A stretch of 63,925 bases of DNA, taken from positions 1 through 63,925 of the forward strand of contig CALFLU010000103.1 in the NCBI GenBank assembly GCA_937880125.1, given 5' to 3'. The DNA is from an uncultured Eubacteriaceae bacterium (GTDB lineage: Bacteria > Bacillota > Clostridia > Eubacteriales > UBA1433). Positions within the stretch are counted from its first letter, which is position 1. Every line of letters starts with the position of its first letter. The notes beneath the pieces were generated by a model. That model was given only the letters and a program-made list of their open reading frames with translations, had not been told where the DNA came from and did no database searches. Position numbers and translations under genes: made by a program. Below, in pieces: positions 1 to 8,984 of this stretch.

Positions 1-59
1 ATTCGAACTCGCGACCCTCGCCTTGGCAAGGCGATGCTCTACCACTGAGCCACTTTCGC
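1..59 (-). tRNA. tRNA-Gly(GCC), 3' part cut by window edge
   Basis: Reverse complement reads GCGAAAGTGGCTCAGTGGTAGAGCATCGCCTTGCCAAGGCGAGGGTCGCGAGTTCGAAT. It shows the D-arm GCTC/GAGC, anticodon stem TCGCC/GGCGA with loop TTGCCAA (anticodon GCC), and T-loop TTCGAAT. The 3' acceptor half lies outside the window. Confidence 0.9.
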
Positions 60-101
60 ATAGATACTGTGATAGATATTATACACTTATTATTATTTTT
101 T

Positions 102-656
102 TCAAGCTCTGTTTAAGATTTTTGCCATTGCTGCTATCTCTTCCAGTGCCTTTGTGTCCTCCCTGCTGCTGAGTGTATCGGTTCCCAGTGACATGGCGCT
201 TGCTAATAGGTCTGCACCGACTTCTTTAAGAATCAATCGTGCCACGGCTACTGCATGCTTGGTCCCGCCATCCCCGCCACCTGTCAAAATCAGCGCACCT
301 TTCTTGGGCACAACAAACGGCTCAATGTTTCGAAATTTTCTCGCGGCGTAATAGCGTTGAAAGCGACTTGCCACACAGAGCAGCGGTGCGCTCAAACCCA
401 TAAACTGCATCGGCGAAGCGAGAACAATATGATCGCTTTCTTCAATATCCTTATAAATCTCCTGCATCGCATCATCAATGCTGCAACCGTCATTTTTCCA
501 GCAATAGCGGCAGTCAATGCAGGCAGAGGCGGCGCTGTCATAGGCAAATACGATTTTGCTTTCTCCATCCAGTTTACGAACCAACTCTTCCACCAGATAA
601 GACGTATTTCCCATCTTTCGCGGCGAGCCGTTTAATATCCATGTTTTCATCTGCAT
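102..656 (-). CDS. NAD(P)H-dependent FMN reductase / iron-sulfur flavoprotein family (flavodoxin-like fold)
   Basis: 184-aa ORF. N-terminus MKTWILNGSPRKMGNTS is typical of FMN-reductase/flavodoxin_2 proteins, and there is a Cys cluster CIDCRYCWKNDGC. An alternative start at M3 (650) is possible. Confidence 0.7.
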   Translation of the reverse strand: MQMKTWILNGSPRKMGNTSYLVEELVRKLDGESKIVFAYDSAASACIDCRYCWKNDGCSIDDAMQEIYKDIEESDHIVLASPMQFMGLSAPLLCVASRFQRYYAARKFRNIEPFVVPKKGALILTGGGDGGTKHAVAVARLILKEVGADLLASAMSLGTDTLSSREDTKALEEIAAMAKILNRA

Positions 657-873
657 TTCTCTCTTTTAAATAATTTCATCAGCAAAAACAAACGTTTTCA
701 ACATCAAAATTGTGGTATGATAATTATAGTACTACACTTCAACGGTTGCAACTATTCCCGCATAAAACAAAAATTTTGTTTTACATTTATTTTACACAGA
801 CCTTACACTGCATGATATTTGCTGCACATCTTATGGTTTATAATATACGAATAAGAAAAAAGAGAGGGCATCG

Positions 874-1773
874 ATGACTTACGCCGTAATAGATATCGGG
901 TCAAACACCATTCGCACCAGCGTTTATGCCGTAACCGGCATGGCCTTTCAGCCGCTGTTCAGCGAAAAAATTATCGCAGGACTTGCCAACTACATTCAAA
1001 ACGAAGCATTAAATGAGGAAGGAATTTATCGCCTTTGTGATGCTTTGGATCAGTTTCAAAAAATGCTGCAGCGTGTCGGCGTTTCTTCTATTGGTGTTTT
1101 TGCCACGGCTTCTTTACGCAATATCAAAAACACCCACGCCGTTTTGCACACCGTCGAGGAACAAACGGGCTTTGTTATCGACATCCTTGACGGCGAAGAC
1201 GAAGCCATGCTCGACTACTACGGCATGCTGCATAATCTCAAAGCCTCCCAGGGAGTGCTCTTTGACATTGGCGGAGCCAGTACCGAAATTGTGGCTTTTG
1301 ATGATGACATGCCCTACCTTGCAAAAAGCGTACCCATTGGCTCGTTAAATTTATACACCAAATATGTAGCCGATTTTCTGCCTTCAAAGCAAGAACAAAA
1401 ATCCATTGACAAGCATATTCGTCATGAGCTGAAAAGCATTCGCTTTAATGCCATTCCCAACACCCAAAACATCATCGGCGTCGGCGGCACCACCCGTGCC
1501 GTGCTCAAGCTTGTCAATGCACTCGCTGCCCTACCTCGCGACAACTGCACCATCCACGCAGATCAGCTTTTTTTGCTTCGAGATACCCTCAGCGACAACA
1601 ATCAAACGGCACGCAAACTCATATTGCGCAATTGCCCGGATCGGATTCATACGCTTATTCCCGGTCTTTTTATCATTATGCAACTGATGGATAACCTGCA
1701 GGCAAACAGAATCACCATCAGCAAATACGGCGTCAGGGAGGGCTATTTATGGCAGAGAATGCTAAACCGTTAA
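874..1773 (+). CDS. ppx: Ppx/GppA family phosphatase (exopolyphosphatase-like)
   Basis: 299-aa ORF with the N-terminal ASKHA motif AVIDIGSNTIRTSVY and DIGGASTE. It sits directly upstream of ppk and overlaps it. Confidence 0.8.
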   Translation: MTYAVIDIGSNTIRTSVYAVTGMAFQPLFSEKIIAGLANYIQNEALNEEGIYRLCDALDQFQKMLQRVGVSSIGVFATASLRNIKNTHAVLHTVEEQTGFVIDILDGEDEAMLDYYGMLHNLKASQGVLFDIGGASTEIVAFDDDMPYLAKSVPIGSLNLYTKYVADFLPSKQEQKSIDKHIRHELKSIRFNAIPNTQNIIGVGGTTRAVLKLVNALAALPRDNCTIHADQLFLLRDTLSDNNQTARKLILRNCPDRIHTLIPGLFIIMQLMDNLQANRITISKYGVREGYLWQRMLNR

Positions 1774-3902
1774 CCCCGCGAGATATCAGTTACACCCAAC
1801 ACCGCGAACTCAGCTGGCTGCGATTTAACCAGCGTGTTTTGGAAGAAGCCGTTGATGAGAGCGTTCCTCTTTTAGAGCGTCTGAAATTTATTTCTATTTT
1901 TTCGAGTAATTTGGACGAATTTTTTATGGTGCGCGTTGGCAGCCTCTTTGATTTATCCACAATGACACCCAATGCCATTGACAACAAAACCGGACAAACC
2001 CCCTCTCAGCAGCTGGACGCTGTGTTTGAGGTGATTCCCCCGCTCATTGCATTGCGCGATCAAATCTATCATCTCGTCAGCAGCGCCCTGCGCGATGTGG
2101 GCATTTTTGATTTGCAGATGGACGAATTGACAAAGCAAGAATTGAAGTTTGTGGAAAAGTATTATCAAAATTTTATTCAACCCATCCTCTCCCCGCAAAT
2201 TATTAATGCTTTGCACCCATTTCCGCATCTACCGAACAAAATGCTGCATATTGCCGCACTGCTTCATGATGAAAACAACAACCCCTCACTGGGTCTCATT
2301 CCTGTCCCGGCTTCTTTGCCTCCCTATATTCACCCCCTCGACCAGCCTGATAAAATCGTTCGCATCGAAACTATTTTACTCGCCCATGTGTCTGATTTAT
2401 TCGGCATTTATACACCGCAAAGCAGCAACGTCATAGCCGTCACGCGAAATGCCGATATCAGTTTTGATGAAGAAAAATTCGACGATGACGAGGAATTGGA
2501 CTATAAAAACCATATGTCAAAGCTTTTAAAAAAACGCGGTCGCCTTGCCCCTGTGCGCTTGGAAATGCAGGGCGAAAACCGTGCATTGTCTCAAATTTTA
2601 TCTCAACGGCTCGATTTAGAAGAAAAACAGGTGTTTTACAGCACTTGCCCACTTACAATGAAATATGTTTTTTCGCTGTATTCCGAGATTTCTCCGCACC
2701 TGCTTTGGAATCTTGTCTACCCTGCCTATACGCCAAAATATCCCTCTTACTTAAATCCCGCACTCTCCACGACCAATCAAATTGTGCAGGGAGATATTTT
2801 CTTAAATTATCCATACGACTCTATGGAGCCTTTTTTGCAGCTCCTCAAAGAATCTGCCGCAAACCCTGATGTTTTGTCGATTAAGATCACCATCTATCGT
2901 CTGGCGTCCAACTCCATCGTTGCGCAGCAACTGTGTATTGCCGCCGAAAACGGCAAAGACGTCACCGTTCTCATTGAGCTGCGCGCGCGGTTCGACGAAG
3001 CACACAACATTTCCTGGGCTGAGCGCATGGAGCAAGCAGGCTGCCGTGTCATTTATGGCATGGGCGGTTTTAAGTGCCATTCCAAGCTGTGCTTAATTAC
3101 GCGTAAAGAAAAAGGACAGCTTAAATATATTACGCAAATCGGCACAGGCAATTATAACGAAAAAACATCCGAACTCTACTCGGATTTCAGTTTGATGACT
3201 GCCAACGAGGCCATCAGCAAAGACGCCATTGCATTTTTTCAAAATATGCTCATCGGCAACCTAAACGGCAGCTATGAACATCTGTTGGTTTCCCCTGTTT
3301 CCATGAAAGCTTCTCTCCTTCGTTTTATGGACGAAGAAATCAGTAAAGGGCCCGAGGGGCGCATTATTATCAAAGCCAATTCTCTCACAGAGCGAAGTGT
3401 CATTGATAAATTGGCGCAAGCCTCGCAAGCCGGAGTAAAAATCGATCTTATTTTGCGCAGTATTTGCTGTATTCGCCCGGGCATTGCGGGCAAAACCGAC
3501 AACATCGCCGTTACAAGCATTGTCGGCAGATTTTTGGAACACGCTCGCGTCTATTGTTTTGGCACCGGCGAAGATGTGAAGTTGTATATTTCTTCGGCGG
3601 ATATGATGACGCGCAACATCACAAGACGCGTTGAGGTGGCATGCCCGATTCTCAACCCCGCCATCAAAGAATGGTTACTTTCTTTTTTAAACCTGCAGCT
3701 CAGCGACACCGCGAAAGCGCGAAAATTGCTGCCTAATGGCACATACATTAAAAAACAAAGTGCACCTGAGCTCACCTCGCTCGACAGTCAACAATGGCTG
3801 ATGGATCACCGCCCTGCCTTTGGATTCTCAAAATCTGCTGCACAGCAGCCGCTTTCTCTTTGGCAGCGCCTGAAACGCTTTTTTTCATCCGACGACTCAT
3901 GA
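1749..3902 (+). CDS. ppk: polyphosphate kinase 1
   Basis: 717-aa ORF with RELSWLRFNQRVLEEA, LKFISIFSSNLDEFFMVRV and two PLD-like regions (HSKLCLI..., FLEHARVY). AGGGAGGG SD lies before the ATG. It overlaps the ppx 3' end by 25 nt. Confidence 0.92.
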   Translation: MAENAKPLTPRDISYTQHRELSWLRFNQRVLEEAVDESVPLLERLKFISIFSSNLDEFFMVRVGSLFDLSTMTPNAIDNKTGQTPSQQLDAVFEVIPPLIALRDQIYHLVSSALRDVGIFDLQMDELTKQELKFVEKYYQNFIQPILSPQIINALHPFPHLPNKMLHIAALLHDENNNPSLGLIPVPASLPPYIHPLDQPDKIVRIETILLAHVSDLFGIYTPQSSNVIAVTRNADISFDEEKFDDDEELDYKNHMSKLLKKRGRLAPVRLEMQGENRALSQILSQRLDLEEKQVFYSTCPLTMKYVFSLYSEISPHLLWNLVYPAYTPKYPSYLNPALSTTNQIVQGDIFLNYPYDSMEPFLQLLKESAANPDVLSIKITIYRLASNSIVAQQLCIAAENGKDVTVLIELRARFDEAHNISWAERMEQAGCRVIYGMGGFKCHSKLCLITRKEKGQLKYITQIGTGNYNEKTSELYSDFSLMTANEAISKDAIAFFQNMLIGNLNGSYEHLLVSPVSMKASLLRFMDEEISKGPEGRIIIKANSLTERSVIDKLAQASQAGVKIDLILRSICCIRPGIAGKTDNIAVTSIVGRFLEHARVYCFGTGEDVKLYISSADMMTRNITRRVEVACPILNPAIKEWLLSFLNLQLSDTAKARKLLPNGTYIKKQSAPELTSLDSQQWLMDHRPAFGFSKSAAQQPLSLWQRLKRFFSSDDS

Positions 3903-3916
3903 TTCGTTTGTATGCA

Positions 3917-3946
3917 TAAAAAAACGCCCAACCGGGCGTTTTTTTT
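3917..3946. terminator. bidirectional intrinsic terminator between ppk (+) and the DUF3021 gene (-)
   Basis: AAAAAAACGCCC-AACC-GGGCGTTTTTTTT: a GC stem flanked by an A-run and a T-run. Confidence 0.8.
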
Positions 3947-3956
3947 GTGAGCTACG

Positions 3957-4415
3957 CTATTGCTTTTCCGCTTGGATTTTTTGATTCGCTTTTTTGATTT
4001 TATTTCTGAGAACAAAATACATACACAACCAAATGACAAAATAGAGCGCGGCAAAAACACCGAAATAACTCAACAGGCTAAGCGGTGTACCCGCAACCCA
4101 CTTGGCGAGATACGCCACGGGTAAAATCGTTACCGAAACCAGGATAAAATGCACAATCGTTTGTTTCATGATATTCCAATGCTCAATTTCCCATATAAGA
4201 GAGCCGGCAGCTATCACAGCTCCTAAAACGCCGGTTAAACCATACTGCAACCATACCGCATTTATCTGGCTGCCCGCCTGCTCTGCAAGCGCAGGTACCA
4301 CAGGCGAATAAAAACCGTTTGCAAAGATGCTCGAAATAACCATCGTAATAGTATAGCCGATAAATACCCCCAAGGGAAATCCCAGCAGCGCACGCAGCGC
4401 GATTTGTTTTTTCAT
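3957..4415 (-). CDS. DUF3021-type polytopic membrane protein (partner of the LytTR regulator)
   Basis: The ORF has about 4 hydrophobic helices. ATG at 4415 is preferred because it follows GAGGTGA. It starts right after the stop of the upstream LytTR gene. Confidence 0.65.
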   Translation of the reverse strand: MKKQIALRALLGFPLGVFIGYTITMVISSIFANGFYSPVVPALAEQAGSQINAVWLQYGLTGVLGAVIAAGSLIWEIEHWNIMKQTIVHFILVSVTILPVAYLAKWVAGTPLSLLSYFGVFAALYFVIWLCMYFVLRNKIKKANQKIQAEKQ

Positions 4416-4425
4416 CTCTCTCACC

Positions 4426-4866
4426 TCAAATTCCTAAAATTTTCTTCAGCGCAGATATATATCTGCGCGAAACATAGGTAATGATATTTCCTTCCATTTC
4501 TACGCAAATTGTTCCGCTGAAGCTTAAATCAAAGCGCTTCACTTTTTTCAGATTGATGATTTCCGACTTGGATATTCTTACAAACACGTTTTTATCCAAT
4601 CTTTCTTCCAGCTCATAGAGCCTGAGTTTTACCGTGTATTCTCCCTCAGACGTCTGCACAAACACCCTTTGTTCCGATGCAAACACCCGTAAAATGTCCT
4701 CTTGTTCGATGAGTACCAGTGTATCGTCTATGTATCCCGCAACGGCCCGCATGGGCACATCAGCAATTTTTCTCATGATTTCATTGACTTCTTCGGTGAT
4801 TTGGGCTGTCAAAATCATGATTTTCATTTCTTTATAGTTTTCATCAATCTTAATTTCGATGTCCAT
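4426..4866 (-). CDS. LytTR-family DNA-binding protein (stand-alone, no receiver domain)
   Basis: 146-aa ORF. The C-terminal half (FVRISKSEIINLKKVKRFD...ITYVSRRYISALKK) matches the LytTR domain pattern. Confidence 0.75.
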   Translation of the reverse strand: MDIEIKIDENYKEMKIMILTAQITEEVNEIMRKIADVPMRAVAGYIDDTLVLIEQEDILRVFASEQRVFVQTSEGEYTVKLRLYELEERLDKNVFVRISKSEIINLKKVKRFDLSFSGTICVEMEGNIITYVSRRYISALKKILGI

Positions 4867-4992
4867 CTTTTTCCCCTTTGCACTTTCTGTCTGTACTATA
4901 CAAAATCCGCAAAAAAATATCCACCGCTTTTACATAAGCGGTCAAAAACTACCTGCAAACGGTCGATTTGCGCATGGATTTGATTCGGAAAT

Positions 4993-5020
4993 AAAAAAAC
5001 CGCCATAGGCGGTTTTTGCT
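4993..5020 (-). terminator. intrinsic terminator after the DegV gene
   Basis: ACCGCC-ATA-GGCGGT stem. On the minus strand it is followed by a T-run. Confidence 0.75.
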
Positions 5021-5023
5021 TTT

Positions 5024-5899
5024 TCAACCAAATCTTTCGCTTCCGAGATAAAAGATCGTCAGCAGACCCGGACCGCAATGTGCGCCGATAACCGTGCCCA
5101 AGCCCGTGATGGTCACACTTTCTACACCGTCAAATGTTTCGAGAATTTTATCGCGCATAAACTGTGCATCCTCTAAACAGTCCGCATGACGGATAAACAC
5201 ATCCTTGCCCGCAGGTTCCGAAAAATCTTTTTTCATATGCTCCAAAATGGCCAACAACGACGATTTTCGGCCTCGAATTTTTTCGGCAACCACGAGCTTG
5301 CCTTCGTTGGAAGTATACATCACCGGCTTCACCGAAAGCAATCCGCCCACCAACGCAGCCGCATTGGACACACGCCCACCGCGTTTGAGATAGTTTAAAT
5401 CGTCCACGGTAAACCGGTGCATTTCAGGCGGATTGGGAATTTTGTTGGACAATATGGTTTCATCAAAACTTTTGCCTGCATCTCGCAGTTTTACCATATT
5501 GTCCAACAAAATACCCAATCCGCCTGAAATGCACCTGGTATCCATCATATAAAACCGTTGAAGCGGGTATTCTTCTTTAATCTGCTTTTCGGCTTCCAGT
5601 GCATTGACGTAAGATTTGGTAATCTCACGAGACATATCCAGAAAAATAACGTCTTTACCTTTTTCCATCAATTGTTTAAAAAACGTGTAGTATGTATAGG
5701 TATTAATCATAGAGGTGGTAACAATTTCGCCTTGCCGCATGCGCTCATAAAGCTGCTGTTTGGTTTCTTCTTTGCAGTCATCTTCATAAACCACATCATC
5801 TATCATATACGTATAGCTGATAAAAGGTATTTCATTTTCCTGTAAATATTCCGCCGACATATCGGCAGTGGATGCAGTAGCAATAATAAATTCCGACAT
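5024..5899 (-). CDS. DegV family fatty-acid-binding protein
   Basis: 291-aa ORF of typical DegV length, with motifs IIATASTADM, GGLGILL and RGGRVS. Confidence 0.85.
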   Translation of the reverse strand: MSEFIIATASTADMSAEYLQENEIPFISYTYMIDDVVYEDDCKEETKQQLYERMRQGEIVTTSMINTYTYYTFFKQLMEKGKDVIFLDMSREITKSYVNALEAEKQIKEEYPLQRFYMMDTRCISGGLGILLDNMVKLRDAGKSFDETILSNKIPNPPEMHRFTVDDLNYLKRGGRVSNAAALVGGLLSVKPVMYTSNEGKLVVAEKIRGRKSSLLAILEHMKKDFSEPAGKDVFIRHADCLEDAQFMRDKILETFDGVESVTITGLGTVIGAHCGPGLLTIFYLGSERFG

Positions 5900-6368
5900 T
5901 TTATTATCCCTCTTTTTCTATAATTCCAATCACCGCATTATCATAACCCCATTCGGTTTTTATTTCAAGCGGCTCTTCTGTTATTTTAAAATATCAATCT
6001 TTAGTTTTTATTAAGCATTAAAATAATTTTAAAATTCTTCTCTTTTCCAATAACCAAAAACAACGCTTCAATGGCACATACATTTCACTGTACAGGCAAT
6101 GCTCTCCGCATGCACATTGAAAACCCCCTCAAGTGACCCTTGTGCCGCCTTTATTCAAGAACACCGTCATCATACTGTGTAATTTTGTATCACGCTATCC
6201 GAAAACATTCGTATAAGAATAAAGAGATTATGAAGATACTCTGCAGGGTATGTCTGCAATAAACGCTGACGCGATTCTCAATGAACCTATGAAATGAGAG
6301 CGTCCGCAATGACTGTTGCACTCTTCCCATAAAATCTTCCTATTCATGCCCTGTCTTGAGCGGGCAAG

Positions 6369-6680
6369 TCATCTTTTATGCCTTGCCATAACTGCAAGGG
6401 CAAGGCCATTCATTCCAGCGGCCAGGCCCGTCATGACAATGGCGGCGAACAAAAAACCTCCTGCTGTATCCGCAAGTGCCGACCAATCGCCGACAGCAAT
6501 TAAAAAATTTCGATAAAACATAACCAACAATAACGATATCAGGGCACACACAAAGCTGCCGAACACACAATAAATGCCCTGGGTGGTTTTTTTCTTGGCA
6601 AGCAGAAAAATTGCCGAAATCGATAATCCCCATGCCAATAAACCTAAGACGATACTCACCACATTCATACACGCATTCAT
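6369..6680 (-). CDS. small hydrophobic membrane protein, unknown function
   Basis: 103-aa ORF with 3 predicted TM helices. GGGAGGATGATAG-ATG gives a good SD. Confidence 0.55.
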   Translation of the reverse strand: MNACMNVVSIVLGLLAWGLSISAIFLLAKKKTTQGIYCVFGSFVCALISLLLVMFYRNFLIAVGDWSALADTAGGFLFAAIVMTGLAAGMNGLALAVMARHKR

Positions 6681-6800
6681 CTATCATCCTCCCATTTGTT
6701 GAGCGGTGTAAAACTTTTCTCCTGAAAATCTGATTTATCGTACTGTTAATTTTCATAAAATGCACCAAAAAAAGCTGACAAATTTCATGAAATATGTCAA

Positions 6801-6830
6801 CTTCATTTGGTGCGAGTGGCGATACAGGAC
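6801..6830. repeat. degenerate copy of the tRNA-Leu 3' end plus flank (att-like direct repeat, left copy)
   Basis: CTTCATTTGGTGCG (6801-6814) is identical to 9059-9072. It then continues AGTGGC-GATACAGGA versus GATGACAGGA in the tRNA. Confidence 0.6.
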
Positions 6831-7091
6831 TTTTTTAGAAAACGATAAAATCAATGTTTACAGGCACCAGATAGGCAGTGAATTCCTCAAATGACCCTAA
6901 TTTACAGATAGTAACGCCGTAGTTTTGAAAATCCTAGAATTTAAGTATTTTCCAAAATCCGGTCTTATTTAAATATTCACGCAAAATATAGCCTTTATCT
7001 TTCAAATATGTTGCCAAATAAGGCAAATATATCGCCAATTATATTGACACCAATAATGTCTTTAATTCGAAATACTCTTACATAATTTAAC

Positions 7092-8417
7092 CTATATACC
7101 CAAGAAAAAACTTGCGACTTCAAAATACACCAGCAAAACAAAAGTATCAACTATTGTGGTAATAAGCGGCCCCGCCATTATTGTAGGGTCTATTTTTATT
7201 TTGTCAGCAATTAAAGGCAGTATACCTCCTATGACTTTTGAAAGCACAACGGTTAGAAGCAATGTAATAGATACAGTCAGGTTTACCTGCATACTCACGC
7301 CATCTAAAATAAACATTCTAAACATATTGACAATGACGAGTGCCAATCCCGCAATTATCCCAATTTTAAATTCTTTAAAAATTACCTTGAATGACTCCCT
7401 ATAATTTACCTCACCCGAATAAAGAGCGGTTATGATTGTAGTTGACGACTGAGTGCCGGCATTACCTCCGGAATCCATCAGCATAGGTATATAGGCTGTC
7501 AAAATAACACTGGTCGCTAAAACCGCTTCATATCTCTGAATGATGAAACCCGTTAAAGTTGCAGTCAGCAGGCAAATGATCAGCCAGGTCGTCCTATCTT
7601 TCGCTATTTGAAAACTGGATTTTTCCCAATATAAATCATGAGAAGATTCGGTAATACCGTGAATATGAGCCAAATCCTCTTCATGTTCTTCATGCATGAT
7701 GTCTATCGCCCATTCGGTGGGAACAAGTCCGATCAACCTTCCTTCCGAATCGGTAACCGGAATTTCAGACAAATCGTATTTATACGCTATTTTAGCTACG
7801 ACCTCCCGGTCATCGCTTGCATATACACTTGCCGTAATCGGATATGAAATTTTTTTGATATCTTTATCCTTGTTTCTAAGAAGATCTGCCAAATAAACAT
7901 ATCCCGTAAGAATGAGCGATTCATCCGTTATCCAAATCTGTTCCAATCTATTGGCATCCAGGTCAGAGTCTAAAACTTTTTGTATAGCAACAGACGGCTC
8001 AATATTATTTTTAACAGAAAGGAAATTGACCGACATAATAGAGCCTACGCTCTCATCAGGATAACCTAATAGCTCGTTGATGATAGGGCGTCTTTCCTCA
8101 TCAATAAAATGATTCATCAGCTTTCTCACCATATTTGCGGGGAGTTCCTGAAGCGTATCGACTAATTCATCTTCATCGAGTTCCTTAATCAGAATCATTA
8201 TTTTTTCATCGGACAAGGACTCAATAATTTGAATTTTGTTTTTTTGGGGTAAAAGTGCAAATCCATCAGCCAATAAGTCCTTATCTAAAAGTTTTATACA
8301 AATAGCCAGCTCAGATTCCGACAGCTTTATAAGTTCTTCAGCTAAATCTACAGGGTTCAGATTATTAATTTTTTCCTGTAGCACTTGCAGTGCTTTTGCA
8401 TCATATCTCGTTTTCAT
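7092..8417 (-). CDS. mgtE: magnesium transporter MgtE
   Basis: The ORF has an N-terminal MgtE_N region, CBS pair and C-terminal TM domain (GNAGTQSS, PLITTIVD). ATG at 8417 follows GGAGG by 9 nt; the longer ORF start at 8438 is less likely. Confidence 0.92.
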   Translation of the reverse strand: MKTRYDAKALQVLQEKINNLNPVDLAEELIKLSESELAICIKLLDKDLLADGFALLPQKNKIQIIESLSDEKIMILIKELDEDELVDTLQELPANMVRKLMNHFIDEERRPIINELLGYPDESVGSIMSVNFLSVKNNIEPSVAIQKVLDSDLDANRLEQIWITDESLILTGYVYLADLLRNKDKDIKKISYPITASVYASDDREVVAKIAYKYDLSEIPVTDSEGRLIGLVPTEWAIDIMHEEHEEDLAHIHGITESSHDLYWEKSSFQIAKDRTTWLIICLLTATLTGFIIQRYEAVLATSVILTAYIPMLMDSGGNAGTQSSTTIITALYSGEVNYRESFKVIFKEFKIGIIAGLALVIVNMFRMFILDGVSMQVNLTVSITLLLTVVLSKVIGGILPLIADKIKIDPTIMAGPLITTIVDTFVLLVYFEVASFFLGI

Positions 8418-8448
8418 TTTTACATACCTCCTCATCAAAAACTGGGCA

Positions 8449-8488
8449 TAAAAATACCGCTCAGCTAACTTTTAGTCTAAGCGGTAAT
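8449..8488 (-). terminator. leader terminator immediately upstream of mgtE (attenuator)
   Basis: Minus strand reads UACCGCUUAG-ACUAAAAGUU-CUGAGCGGUA followed by UUUUUAU. It lies between the uORF stop and the mgtE SD. Confidence 0.7.
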
Positions 8489-8508
8489 TTAAGCATATAA
8501 AAATGAAC

Positions 8509-8619
8509 TTACCGATCCAAATGCATATTGCATGGATTTTGCAAGCTTAAAATTTTGCTCAGATTATCGCAAAGACTATTACTTACATAATTCCTACCAC
8601 TAGGGTCTCCCGAATCCAT
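8509..8619 (-). CDS. 36-codon upstream ORF in the mgtE leader (candidate leader peptide or small protein)
   Basis: AGGAGGTGA, then 5 nt, then ATG. Translation is MDSGDPSGRNYVSNSLCDNLSKILSLQNPCNMHLDR. It is below the 60-aa ORF-track cutoff, I recognise no homology, and expression is not proven. Confidence 0.35.
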   Translation of the reverse strand: MDSGDPSGRNYVSNSLCDNLSKILSLQNPCNMHLDR

Positions 8620-8662
8620 GCAATTCACCTCCTAAATTCTTAAAACTTATAACAACTATTAT

Positions 8663-8691
8663 ATTGTATCACTTAAAAATGAATAGCTCAA
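8663..8691 (-). promoter_or_regulatory. sigma-A-type promoter for the mgtE leader
   Basis: Minus strand reads TTGAGC, 17 nt, TACAAT, with TG upstream of the -10. Confidence 0.55.
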
Positions 8692-8984
8692 ATTTTGTGT
8701 CTCTTTATTACGTGGTTCAGAGTCTTGTTGATATCTGTTAATTATTATGACGTCCGCTATCATACATAGCACCGGGTAAGTTCCGGTGTATTTTGTCTTC
8801 GTCTTACATCATAATTTAGTCATATGAAGGGATATAGCTATGTATATAGAGTGTAAGATAGAAAGTAACCGTTTCGGTACAAAACAAAATGTTGATAACG
8901 GCGCTGCGGTGCTTACGCACCTCCTGCAGCGCCTGAGAGAATGACATTGCCCCAAAGGCAGAACATATACGCCTTTGGGGCTTA

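Larger units (their letters stand above)
8418..8655 (-). promoter_or_regulatory. structured mgtE 5' leader (possible divergent M-box or translation-coupled attenuator)
   Basis: A 12-bp perfect long-range helix (8613-8624 with 8527-8538), an internal GGG-AGA-CCC hairpin, and the terminator at 8449-8488. Resemblance to the M-box core is only patchy. Confidence 0.5.

Noticed and set aside
874-3902. ppx-ppk 25-nt overlap as something unusual
   Set aside because: The overlap is real, but ppx and ppk co-operonic pairing is a well-known arrangement. It is recorded in the features only.
5900-6368. 470-nt intergenic region upstream of degV as a possible ncRNA or riboswitch
   Set aside because: It is AT-rich with no convincing long-range helices, conserved riboswitch cores or terminator. 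It probably just holds the promoter regions of degV and spacer sequence.
6831-7091. Possible decayed coding remnant (for example a recombinase) in the AT-rich spacer downstream of mgtE
   Set aside because: Minus-strand frames give short readable stretches (for example LAIYLPYLATYLKDKGYILREYLNKTGFWKILKF) interrupted by stops. I cannot tie them to any family, so no pseudogene call is made.
8489-8655. Calling this region a canonical M-box (ykoK) riboswitch
   Set aside because: Context favours it, because it lies upstream of mgtE with a terminator. However, I could not find the conserved M-box core strings (GUUAGGUGAGGC, CUGCCC, GGGUCAACAG, AGUGCCAAAGCUC), only partial resemblance. It is therefore reported as an unresolved structured leader pending a covariance-model search.
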